Of a DNA stretch of 42,661 nucleotides, positions 21,505-32,670 are shown one piece after another. Each line of letters opens with the position of its first letter. Positions within the stretch are counted from its first letter, which is position 1. This stretch comes from Lama guanicoe (Eukaryota), in NCBI GenBank assembly GCA_013239625.1, contig MU053594.1, positions 1,281,444 through 1,324,104 of the forward strand, in the 5' to 3' direction. Made by a program: the position numbers and the translations under genes. A model generated the notes under the pieces. The model was not told where the DNA came from. It did no database searches and worked only from the letters and a program-made list of their open reading frames with translations.

Positions 21505-23149
21505 GTGGGGCAGGAAGCCTGGACGTGCTTTGCAGAAGAGCCAGCAGCCCTCAGACTCCCTCCCTCCCAATCCCACAGCATCATCCAGAGTCCTCAGTGG
21601 TGTCTCCAGCCGAATGCAGCAGCCAGGGATACGCCAGACTTCAGCTGATGGTTATTTTCCTAATAGTGTCATCTTACCAACTGCCTTGAAATATTTGAAG
21701 AGAAAGCCCTTCGGCTGCATTTTATCCTATGACCATATTGCCAGACTGACTTTAAAATCTTTCTCAAAAAAAAAAAGGAAATTTTCCCCAAAAAAAAAAT
21801 CCACAAAACCCAGAAGCACCAAAAAAAAAAAAAAAAGATAAGATTGTAGCAGCTTTGCTGAATCCAGGTGGTGGGGCCTGGAGTTCATTCTACCCCCTCC
21901 TCCTCCAAAGCTGACCCCTTGTCCTTCCTCCCTGACTTTCACAAGGTCCCCGGAGACACCTCCAGAGAGCTCCAGGGCTCTACAGAGCACAGTCAAAAGC
22001 CATCAAACAGCGGTGACCTCCAGGACAAAGGGTCTGTGTCTTCGTGGTCCCCAGGACCTGGAGCCTGGGGGAGGCGCAATGAGGGGGACCTGTTACTAAG
22101 ATCAACTGTGGGTTACCTGGCTTCTCAGGCTGCACACACATCCTCATCCTTGTCCTTCTCCCTGGGTTTCCCAATTGGGAAGTAAATTTCCTTGGTCCCT
22201 GTCTGCTCCTCTCTCCCTCCACATGTGGTTCCCTCCTTCCCCACAGAAGTCTCACCATTTTCAGTTTCTTCTATACTCAAGCCCTCTCCATCACCCCCAG
22301 CTGTCCTCTGTCACCCAGCTGGCTTTAGGAGTCTCCTGGACACCTTGTTATTTGAACCCATCCCTCCACTGGAGAGCCTGGGCGGTGGATGCATTTGTCC
22401 CCCAAGGTCCTCGTGTAATTAAGATAGGCATTGGCCGGGTGAGGCCAGCACAGTTGTGGGGAGGTAGGGAGATTGCCCTCAAGTGAGCCTGGGGACAGGG
22501 CACATCAGCCCCATCCGATAAGCGGGCACATTTAGGAGCTCAGCCTCTCGCTCAAGTGAGAAAAAAGCCTGCTCCCGCAAGGCACTGCCTTCCCAAACCT
22601 GGGGCCCCAGGGATCACGGAGGAAAGAGTTAAGTGAGCCACATGGTTCTTCGTAAGGGATTTGCTTTCTGCATCTCTTCTTTTATGAAATGCAGATTGAA
22701 ATTTTATTCCTCCTCTCTAAAGCTCATCATTCCTGGATTTTTCTTTTCCTCCTTCACACACAGTAACACCGTATGTTGGAATAAGTGAAACGAGGGCGTG
22801 AGTCTCACTCTGCAGATTCAGGTGTGCAAGCTAGTTGCACAGTTTCCTTCTCTTTAAACCTGACTTCACCGGACTCCGGCCCTGAACACTGGCTTGCAGG
22901 AAATTCAGTCTTGGTCATTACTGCTGTCCCCTGCCCGGCCCCCAGGGTTTCCTGGGGGCTCCCCGGGGTTCCCAGGGTCCTACACACTTATCGTAGGCTT
23001 GGCTTCCGATCCTCAGAAACCCTCTCCCTCTCCCTAAATCGAGAACCTGCACTCCTAGGGTCTCCTAGGCCCCTCCTGAGGACCCCAGGTCTAGTCCCAT
23101 TTCTCTCTCTCCTCTATTATTATGAGATTTTTTTTTCCTGGCCAAATAA

Positions 23150-23335
23150 TAAAAATAGAGACCATTAGTAAAAAGCTCATGTACCCTTCACTCACGACAT
23201 TACCTCATTTACACTTCACAGTGGCCCCGGGCACTCCCAGGTTGGAACTGGGGTTTTCAAGTATTATCTGCTTCACTGTGTAGAAATGGAAGTGGAGACT
23301 GAAGAGGAGAAATAATTTGCTCAAGGCCATGCTGA
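23150..23335 (-). mobile_element. MIR fragment
   Basis: cattacctcatttacacttcaca...gtggagactgaagaggagaaataatttgctcaaggcca. Confidence 0.55.
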
Positions 23336-23774
23336 GCACCCTGAAGACTTGCCTGCCTGTGACCATCCTCCACCCTCTCCAGCCTCGCTCCACCCTTTGA
23401 TTTAAGGCCACATCACCCCATCCCTCTCAATTCCCTCAGCATCCGGGCCATTTCTCTTGCTGTGGTTCAGTCCAAAATATTTTGGTACCTTCTTACTTCT
23501 CTCTCCTCTTTCCTTTCTGCCTACCCTCCCCTCTTTCTACTGAGTCCCTTCCCAGACCCCCTGCCCACTCGCTCCCAGCCTGTGCCATCTGACTATAATG
23601 CCAAGCCCTGCTTATTCTCCAAGACATTTATCCGCCACCATTCAAGCTGCACACTGTCTCCTTCCAAATCCGCCTGATGGAGCAGACAGCTTGCCCAGCT
23701 GGGCCAGGCTCTTCTGCAAATGAACACACAAACCCTAAGTTGTAGAGTTCGGGAAACACGTGAAATCAAGGATT

Positions 23775-23880
23775 CTAACCTTCTTGTTTCACAGAAAGTG
23801 AAATCAACTGAAGCTCAGAGAGGGGAAGGGAGGTACCCAACGTCATCTGGCCAGGAAGGGTCAATCGGGATGGAGCCCAT
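23775..23880 (-). mobile_element. MIR fragment
   Basis: tttcacagaaagtgaaatcaactgaagctcagagaggggaag. Confidence 0.55.
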
Positions 23881-24045
23881 GTCTGCACTCCCACCTGGGT
23901 GACCTTACTTTCCACTCCATGCTGGCCCTGGGGAGGGCGGCCAGATCCCCACTTGCCCACTAGTGGGTCATCAGCCAAGGAAATGAGAACCAGGAATGCC
24001 CCCAGGACCTGGAAATGGGATGACAAATTGGAACCCCCAAAACAG

Positions 24046-24293
24046 TTCCTCTTTACCAGTAAAGTAACCAGATCTATAACGACGTATCAAGTTAGCTCAG
24101 TTACTGCTGGGTGACAGTTCAGACCAGGAAAAAGAAAAAAAAGAGCTTCATAACAAATTTGCAGATTTCCTCTTTACCAGTAAACACCCAAGTAGCCAGA
24201 TCTATAACGATGTATCAAGTTAGCTCAGTTACTGCTGGGTGACAGTTCAGACCAGGAAAAAGAAAAAAAAGAGCTTCATAACAAATTTGCAGA
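24046..24293 (+). repeat. Tandem duplication, 120 bp + 127 bp
   Basis: ttcctctttaccagtaaa...aaatttgcaga at 24046-24165 and 24167-24293. The units differ by a 7-bp indel and two substitutions. Confidence 0.95.
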
Positions 24294-24556
24294 AATTCTA
24301 AAATTGGAATTGGTACACAATATCAAACTAATAACATTTCAACTAATCACAGAGACAAAGTCAGCACAAATTCTAGATGAAGCTGCCATAGGATTGACAC
24401 ACATATAATTTATTTGACAAGCAGAGACAATGACAGCCCTCACTTTCGAGGCGCCAGCTACCCAGGGCCCCAGCACTGCCAGCTGCACTCCTTTTCCTGG
24501 GGCCCCCAAACCTTTCCCCTCCTGCAACCCCTCCCCGTCGGCCCTGACTTGACTCC

Positions 24557-24651
24557 NNNNNNNNNNNNNNNNNNNNNNNNNNNNNNNNNNNNNNNNNNNN
24601 NNNNNNNNNNNNNNNNNNNNNNNNNNNNNNNNNNNNNNNNNNNNNNNNNNN
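24557..24651. other. Assembly gap (95 N)
   Basis: Run of N. Confidence 1.
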
Positions 24652-24805
24652 GGTGATGTACATCTTGTTCAGTCCTCGCAGTAACACTATGTGGCAAGTT
24701 CTTCTGTTATTTTGTAAATGAGGAAGCCAAGACCCACAGAGGATGCACACCTGCCAAGGTTCCTCACCGAGCGGTGGGAGCCATCAGACTCCAGGATCTC
24801 TGGTC
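24652..24805 (-). mobile_element. MIR SINE (runs into the gap)
   Basis: ttcagtcctcgcagtaacactatg...ttttgtaaatgaggaagccaagacccacagag...ctgccaaggt. Confidence 0.7.
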
Positions 24806-24925
24806 TTATTCACTTCCCCATAATACTTACTCCACATGGGTGGATGAGGGAGGATTGATTACAGGAGGCAATGCAGCCAAAAAGCCTGCTGCTTAATACA
24901 TGTGAGCCCCCTTCCTGCTGCTGCT

Positions 24926-25072
24926 TCTTTTTCTTAAGCTCCTTTGTTTTTGGGTGGGGGAGGTAACCAGGTTTATTTCTTTTATTCATTTTTAGAGGAG
25001 ACACTGGGGATTGAACCCAGGACTTCATGCATGCTAAGCATGAGCTCTACCATTTGAGCTATACCCTCCTCA
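24926..25072 (-). mobile_element. Camelid tRNA-derived SINE (vic-1 type) with TSD
   Basis: Minus strand gggtatagctcaaatggtagag...cttagcatgc...ctgggttcaatcccc. Flanking direct repeat ccccttcctgct at about 24908 and 25073. Confidence 0.9.
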
Positions 25073-25584
25073 CCCCTTCCTGCTTCTGATTGACATATAT
25101 ATCAGAATATTTGTATCTCCCTCCCTTTCCCACTACACTGCCCTTATTTTTTCTATTAGATATATCTCTTGAAGTTTTTAAACAAGAGGGTTTTAATAAT
25201 GCCAGGGATTTGTGCTTTGCGCATCATCGCAAACTTATCAAACATTTTGAAATAACTACCAGAATTTAATGTCTCTCTTTGGTCCATTCTCTAGTGTCCT
25301 CAGGTCACTGTGAACACAAGTACAATCTATTTTGTGAATAGATTCAGGATTCAGGGTCCAGGAATACAAATATTTATAAAGATGGAATTCCATGCACCGG
25401 GAATGGTGACCTTGGTGGGGAGGATCTCAGCTCATCCTTTGTGGGACTCTGAGGATCCCTGGGCTTTGCCAGGGAAAGCCTCTGAGTAAATAAGAGGGTT
25501 AGACCAGACTGAGTCATCATTAAAGTCCATTCGTCCATCTTTTCCATGAGCCCATGTGCACCAAAAGCCTCATGCAGGAGCCCA

Positions 25585-25800
25585 GGGGCTCTGGAAGGGA
25601 GCTGCCTGTGACGTTAGCATCATCTGGGCAAGTAGGTCAACCTCTCCAAGTTTCCTCATCTCTAAAACTGGGATAGGATAATAACACCCTCACCACAGGG
25701 TTATTGTAAAAATGAAATGGAGCGATTCACTGAAGCCTTATCTCTGTGCCTTGTACACTGCCCTCTGTCAAGTCCAGCTCTGCCGGTCATTAGTAGTAAT
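25585..25800 (+). mobile_element. MIR SINE
   Basis: ctgggcaagtaggtcaacctctccaagtttcctcatctctaaaactgggata...cagggttattgtaaaaatgaaatg. Confidence 0.8.
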
Positions 25801-25949
25801 ATTATCAGCAGCTGCAGTTGCAGCGGTCACGGTTGTAGGAGAGGCATGTTCTCAGCAGGCACTGCCCAGCCACGCAGACAAGATGTCCAACAACCCAGCT
25901 GAATCCTGAGCAATATTTTCAACTTGAATTGATCTAACAGCTTTCTGAT

Positions 25950-26175
25950 ATACCTTCTATTCATCATTCCATCCCAATTTACTCCTCACTAGCATTTAAG
26001 ATGTTACAATGAGACACTGGTGAATTATAAATAGAAAATTGGAAATCATGTTGCAAAAGGAGAGAGGCAACATTAGAAACAATTGGGATTGAGCCTCACC
26101 TTCAGTTCTGACCTTCCTGGTAGCCAGGACAAAAGGGAAGCCAGATGGGCTATGACATACTCATTATCTGATGTT
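25950..26175 (-). mobile_element. Possible ancient RTE-X (L4-like) LINE fragment
   Basis: ccttcctggtagccaggacaaaagggaag resembles a recalled L4 3' motif. Support is weak. Confidence 0.3.
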
Positions 26176-26609
26176 TTGTACGTATCAGTTTAGTGTGAAT
26201 CCAGATTAGCAGTTATTTTTCTTAGAATTTGCTACACAGCAGTTGCTACTGACAGAAAGTGATTTCATCAGATAGCTTTGCACTGAGCATGTCTATTTCC
26301 CCCAACTGCTCTCTGCTCTGTACATTCCTCCTTTGACAGGAGGAGCTGCTTTGAATTCACATTTGTATCCTGAGCACACTCCCTGTCTTTGGCAGGTGCT
26401 TTTAAAAAAAATCTGAACAATGAAGTATTGTATATAAATTGCATAGCCCTCAGCCTTGTAACTTGAACAGTGTTTAAACAAAATCACAAGCAAAATCTGA
26501 GTCCTGGTCTTTCTCATCCTCAAAAACTGTACCTTTTTCTAACTCTCTACAGTTCTAGTTATCAATTTCTAAATTACAGACTATGCCAAAACCAACTTGT
26601 TTCCCCAGT

Positions 26610-27437
26610 AACCATATGCTTAAAAGGGTGCTCAGTGTCATTAGTAGTCAGTGGTATGCAAATTAAAGCCCTAATGAGATACCACAGCACACCTCCTAGG
26701 ATGGCTAAAATGAAAAAGATAGATAATATCAAATATTGATTGATAGTATCCATTGATATTGATTGATTGAAAAAGATTGATAATATCAAATAAGTATGTG
26801 AAGCCACGGGAATCTTCATGTATTGCTGGTGGGAATATAAAATGGGTATAAAATGATTCAACCACATTAGAAAAACTTTTGGCAGCTTATTATAAAATGG
26901 ACTGTCCTATGACCTAGAAACTCCACTTTTAAGCATTTATCTAGTAGAAATAAAAACACACTCTAACAAAAACACTTGTAGAAGAAAGTTAATAGCAGCT
27001 TTATTGATAATAACTCCAAATTGGGAACAAACCAAGTGTCCATCAATATAAGAATGGATAAACAAATTACAATGTAGTCATACAATGGGATGCTGTTCAG
27101 CCATAGAAACAAGCTACCAATACACATCAAACATGAATAAATCTCAAAAACATGATGTCAAGTGAAAGAAGCCAGACACAAGAGTATCATTCAAATGAAT
27201 TCCAAAAGCAAGAAAAATTATGTTGATAGATTTTTTTGTTTGTTTTTAAGAAAGTTGCAGGTGGCACTGGGTGGAGGGAGGAGACTGGCTGGTAAGAGAC
27301 ATGAGGGAAATTTCTGGGTGATGGACGTATTGTCTGTCTTGATTAGGTAGAGATTATATGGGTGTAAACTATTGTGAAAATTCCATGGAATTGTAAACTT
27401 TAGATTTCAATGTTTTCTTTTTAATGTACCTTCAAAA
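26610..27437 (+). mobile_element. Old L1M (L1MD/ME-like) ORF2 end + 3'UTR
   Basis: atgcaaattaaagccctaatgagataccac (MQIK..MRYH), tgctggtgggaatataaaatg, aagtgtccatcaa, gtgaaagaagccagacaca, ttctgggtgatgg. Confidence 0.9.
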
Positions 27438-27449
27438 CCCTACCCTAAC

Positions 27450-30400
27450 GTGGGCAAGAAAAAGAAAAAGAATAAAAAAAGCTCAAAAGATAGATCAGGC
27501 AGAGAAATAGAAAGCATATGGTAAGACACTAAATTTAAACCCAAATCCAGCAGCCACTCTATTACATGTAAATATACCAGATGTTCCAATTAAGAGACAG
27601 AGATTTGTCAACTGGATTTTAAAAATTCCAATGATTTGCTGTTCATAAGAGACACATCTAAAACATAAGTTACAGGAAAGTTGAGAGTTAAAGGATGGGA
27701 AAAATTATCTATGCAAATGTTAACCAAAGAGAAGCTAGTGGAACTGAATTATTATCAGTCAGTGTGGACTTTAAGGCTAAAGAAGTTCCTAAGTGAAAAA
27801 AAAAAAAAAAAATCATAATGATCAAGGTTTCAGTTCACCTGGTAGAAAACAGAAATTCTAAATACATACACATCTGGCCTCAAAATATTTAAAGCAAAAG
27901 TTAAAAAGAGAAATAGATAAATCACAATCATAGTTGAAGATATTAACTCATTTCTTTCAGTAGTTGATTGAAAAGCAGCCCCTCAAATCAGTAAGAGTAT
28001 GAGATATTTTAACAACACAAAGTGTAGATTTGAACTAATGGAGAAATAAAACACTGTACCCCTAAGCTGAAGAATACAAATGTATTCCAGTGTTTGTGAA
28101 ACATTTGCAAAACTAATCATATATTGAGCTACAAGTCTCAATAAACTTCAAAAATCAAAATTGTGAATACATACTTGGACAACAGAGGAATTAAGCTAGA
28201 AATCAATTATTAAATGATAACAAAACTTGCTGTATGTGTCTTTAAAATATACATTCAAATAATCCATAGTTCAAAAATTAATCACACCAAAATTAGAAAA
28301 TATTTTAATTGCAAGATAAGAATATGACATACTGAAACAGAATGCAGCTAAAGCATTGCTTAAAGGGAAATTTATACTTTAAATGCATTTAATAGAAATG
28401 AGAATTTTTTAAAAATCAGTGATAAAAGTAATCATTCCAACAGGTCCAACAAGTCAGAAACAAACCCCAACAAATTAAAACCTAAGAAAGTAAGAGGAGT
28501 AAGAGGGAGGAAGTAACAACTACAAAAAGATAAAGGCAGAAATTAATGAAATAGAAACAGACAGAAATGGACAGGAAAATCAGAGACAAAAGCTGGTTCT
28601 TTCAAAAGAGTTATAAACCTGAAAAGTCCTCAACAAGGCTGATCAAGAAAAAAAGAAAGAGCAGGTACCAATGTCAGGACTGAGGGTCACATCCTTACAT
28701 TTCATACAAACTTTAAGGAGAGACTAAGAGGATGAGTAGCCAATATATTTGAAAACATGATTGAAAGGGCGAAAGTCCTAGAAGAAACACAACTTACCAA
28801 AATTGACAAAATAAAATAATTGAAAATATAATTACATAATTATTTAAGAAAGTAAATAATTCATTGAAAATCTCCTCCAAGGAAAATGTTCCCAGACCCA
28901 AGTAGCTTCACTAATGAATTCTGTGAAATGTTTAAGAAAGAAAAAAAATGCCAATCTTACATAAATTCTTCCAGAGAAAAATGATTCTCAACTTATTCTA
29001 TGAAGCTTATTCTACATAATTTAATACCAAACCTGACAAGAACATGCTGAGAAGGAAAACTGCAGGCCAAATGCACTCAGAACACAGAAGCACTAAAGAT
29101 TAGCAAATGGAATTAGCAATGTATAAAAGAATAATGCATCAGATTGAACTGGATTTATTCCAGGAAAGCAAGGTTAGTTTAACATTAAAACTTCAGTCAA
29201 CCTATAACTCAATTAAAAAAAATGTTTAAAAAATAAATAAATAAAATAAAATAAATTTTAAAATAACTCAATAAAAATGTTTAATAAAATAAAAACTTCA
29301 GTCAACCTAATTCACAATAGCAGAACAAAAGAGAATATTTGTATGTTCATCTTAATAGATAAAGAGAAAACAATCAAATTCAACATCCATTCTTCATGAA
29401 AATAAACAAAAATCCCTTAGTGAAGTAGGAATAGAAGAGACCTCATTAGCCTGATCAAGTAAATCTACAACAAGCCTATAACAAACATCAGACATTTTTT
29501 TTGCCCCCTCCACCCGCCCCCAACCAACATCAGACTTAATGATGAAATGTTGAAAGCTTTCCTTTTGAAATAGAGAATGAAAGATTTGAACAGCACAATT
29601 AGTCAGCCAATTGCATCTCTAGCTAATATGAGCTGATGATTCTAGGCAGAAGAGTGAGGCTAGGGGAAAAAAGGCATAGGAATGAGAAAGGAAGAAATAA
29701 GAGTTCTTGCATATCTAAAAAACCATAAAGAATCTGCAAATTGTATTTACAGATACAAGGTCAATATACAAAAATCAATTGATTTCTATCTAGTGAAAGG
29801 ATGGAATTCAAAAAAATTTTTTAAAAGTTAAGATCTATGATACCATGTACAATATCATTAAAAGAACCAAATATCAAGGAATAAAGCTAACAAAAGTTGT
29901 GTAAGACCTTTATGCAGAAATCTCTTCTAATATTATTGGAGGAAATGAAAAAAGACCTTTAAATAAATAAATAGATGGGAATGGGTCATGAAGTAGAAGA
30001 CTCAACATTCTAAAGATGTCCATTCTTTCCAAATTCATATGAAGAATCAGGGGAATCCCAATCAAAACTACAAAAATTTTTGTTTGTTTGTTTGTTTTTT
30101 GTGGATCTGACAAGCTGGTTTAAAAATTCATAGGAAAAAAGAAAGACCAAGATGCTTGTAGAAAAAAGAACAATGTGGAAAGAATTGCTCTGCCGTAAAG
30201 CAAGACATATAAAATCCGACTGGTTAATAACAGTGAGGAATACAAGTGAGGTAGAAAGACAAAGAAATAGACCAATGGAATAAAATAGTCCTCTAGCCCC
30301 AAAACAGACCCACAGCTAGAGAGGCATTCCGCCTTTGACAAAGTCACCACTGCAGAGGGGAAAAGATGTTTTTGTCAAGAAATAATTTCCCCTATCAGTT

Positions 30401-31440
30401 GGATTTGGGAAAACATTTTAAACTTGACCCCTCCTTCACACTGTACACAACCAAATCATTATTAAAATAAGATAAAAGACATAAAATCTTAGATCTGAAA
30501 CAAAAAACTGTAAGGCTTCTTGAAGAAAATATAGAATATTTTTGTAAACTTGTGGTGGTGAAAGATACCTTGCTAGAAAAAGACACACACAAAAAGGCAC
30601 TAAATAAAGGAAAAGATTGATGGATTGGACAACATTAAATCAAGAACTTCTGTTCGGCAAAAGATAGCAATAAGAAAGTGAAAAGGCAAGCACACGTGGG
30701 GAAAGATTTCATAACACATGTAACTGACAAAGACCTCACATCCACAATGTAAGATGTCTTACAAATCAATAAGGAAAAGATGGACAACCTGATGATAAAA
30801 TGAGGAAGAATCACCAATAAGAACATCACAAAAAGGATATTCAATTACCCAATAAACATACGAAGAGGGAGTCAAACTCATTAGCAATCAGTGAAACAGA
30901 AAAATAAGCAAATTGAAGCACAGAGCACTACCCGGAATGGCTAAAATGAAATGACCATAATAAATACTGGCAAAGAAGTGGAGCAAAGGAAACTCAGACA
31001 GAGCGGTGGGAGTGAACATTGTTATAACCCTTTGGGAGAACAATTTGGCATTTCTGCTAAAACTTGAAGCATGTGTAGACCCTCGTGACCCAGCGATTCC
31101 ACAGGGACACCAAGAGATGTGTTTAATAATGGTTAGAACAGTTTGTTACAGCCCCAAACTAGAAGCAACCCAAAGGACCATCATGTGCAGTATTTCCATA
31201 CAAAGGAAACTGATACAGCAGTGAAAATGAATGAACTCCAGCCACACTACGTGTGAATCTCATAAATAGAAGGCTGATCAAAACAAGCCCGACACAAAAA
31301 ACTCTATAAACTAGAGTATTAAGAGATGCATGATTGGGGGGAAAAGGGGGTTAAATGTAAGTAAGTGATTACCGCAAAAGTCTGATCACTGGTTATCTCT
31401 AGGAGGGCAGGAGGGAGGGGACCTGAAGGATGCCTGGGGA
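27450..31440 (+). mobile_element. Old L1M, degenerate ORF2 (endonuclease-RT-C-terminus) through 3'UTR, about 4 kb
   Basis: Collinear L1 ORF2 landmarks: ccaattaagagacagaga (EN), ggaattaagctagaaatcaat, cagacccaagtagcttcactaatgaattct, ttccaggaaagcaaggttagtttaacatt (RT), agaagactcaacattctaaagatgtc, attaaatcaagaacttctgttc. No intact reading frame. Confidence 0.93.
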
Positions 31441-31659
31441 GGCATGGTCACCATGGCTCTCAGCCCAAGGTGAGCATGAAGAGCCACAGTGAAGGGGCAC
31501 ATTGTGCGGGGAGGACGGAGGAACAAGAGCAGGAGGAAGGGCCGGTGAGATGGGAGAATGGAGGCAGTGGGGCCAGAGCTCGCAGCTGGGTTCCTCCAGG
31601 TAGCACCTGCTTACAGGTCCATTTAAAGAGGCTGGGATAGAAACTGGAGCAAGAGGGTG

Positions 31660-32191
31660 AGGTAGGTTGGCTGCAGAAATGCCCACCGATAACCACCACC
31701 CCCACCCTGTAGCTGTGGGCTGCTCTTCCGCTCAGGAAGCAGAGTCCAAATCCTCTTCCCTTAAATCTAGGCTCATCCTGTGACTTGCTCTGACCGACAG
31801 AGTACATCAGAAGAGATGCCGCATGACTTCCAAGACTCTTAAGCGGTCTTGCAGCTTCTGTTTTCACCCTCCTGGGGTCCAGACAACGTGTAGTGAAAGT
31901 CACATTAAACCGCTCAATGAAGAGAGGCCACGTGGGGAGTAAGAATGGCTCGGCCAGGCCCTGCTGTTCCAGCCACCCCCAGCTGAGGTACCAGGTGTGA
32001 GTGGAGCCACCGGGGCTGTTCCAGCCCATCCCAGCCCCCAGCAAACAGCAGCTGCATGAGGGACTCTGACCACGTGGAGTCGAACGGCCTGGCTGAGCCT
32101 GGCCAACTCTCAGGATCACAAAGATACAGTAAATCCTTGCTGTTTAAGCCACTAAGTTTGTCCAGCTTTTTATAAACCAATAAACTGAAAC
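31660..32191 (+). mobile_element. MaLR solo LTR (MLT1G/H-like)
   Basis: ctgtgacttgctctgaccgacaga, catgacttccaagact, ccagctgaggtaccaggtgtgagt, tgctgtttaagccactaagtttg, terminal aactgaaaca. Confidence 0.85.
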
Positions 32192-32419
32192 AGAAGGTGA
32201 TTCACAGCAGCCGCTTTGAGATGGTAAAAGGCAGCTCAGTGAGCAGCACTGATTCGCTGGTTTCATAACCTAATGCTTATTGATCTTTGGCGCTTTTAAT
32301 AAAACTTCTGTTTTAAATATACACTGCGGCCAGCATGCTTGCAAGTGGGAAATTGGTGCCAATAGCCGAGACTTCCCACATGTGTCTAATCAAAGATGAG
32401 CCAAGAAAAGTGGCATTAA

Positions 32420-32670
32420 GAGTGATGAACGTGATCACGTACTGAGCGCCTCCCAGGGGACAGACCCTAAATGGGGGGCTTTGCGGTCATTATGTCACTT
32501 CATCCTCTAGAGGTGGGAACCATAAGGTGTCTCAGCTTGCAGATGAGGAAACTTTGAAGGCTACAAAGTAGAAGCGCACGCCCAGGGCTGAAGCGCGTTC
32601 CCAGGGCTAAAGCGCAAAGGAGTGGCAGAGCCAGGGCTTGAACCCGGGGCCCGGAGGACTTGATCTCCAA
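32420..32670 (-). mobile_element. MIR SINE containing a 19-bp tandem repeat
   Basis: ttgcagatgaggaaact...agtggcagagccagggcttgaaccc. The repeat aagcgc..cccagggct occurs 2.3 times at 32572-32615. Confidence 0.8.

Noticed and set aside
21419..21841. 140-aa ORF with a lysine-rich, NLS-like C-terminus
   Set aside because: Its composition is generated by the CTTT microsatellite and poly-A tracts.
24046..24293. Repeat-spacer or CRISPR-like array
   Set aside because: It is only two adjacent units with no unique spacers, in mammalian DNA.
24373..24750. ORFs crossing N runs (also 34398-34913)
   Set aside because: They are open only because the gaps translate as X.
27450..31440. Potentially active or domesticated reverse transcriptase
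   Set aside because: The plus-strand ORF track shows no long frame. It is heavily degenerate, with secondary insertions.
31460..32119. Longest ORF in the track (219 aa, minus strand)
   Set aside because: It mostly runs antisense through an MLT1 LTR and has no recognisable domain, so it is a chance ORF in GC-rich repeat.
32345..32379. Notch sequence-paired site (SPS)
   Set aside because: The spacer is 21 bp versus the canonical 15-17 bp. Kept only as two monomeric RBPJ cores.
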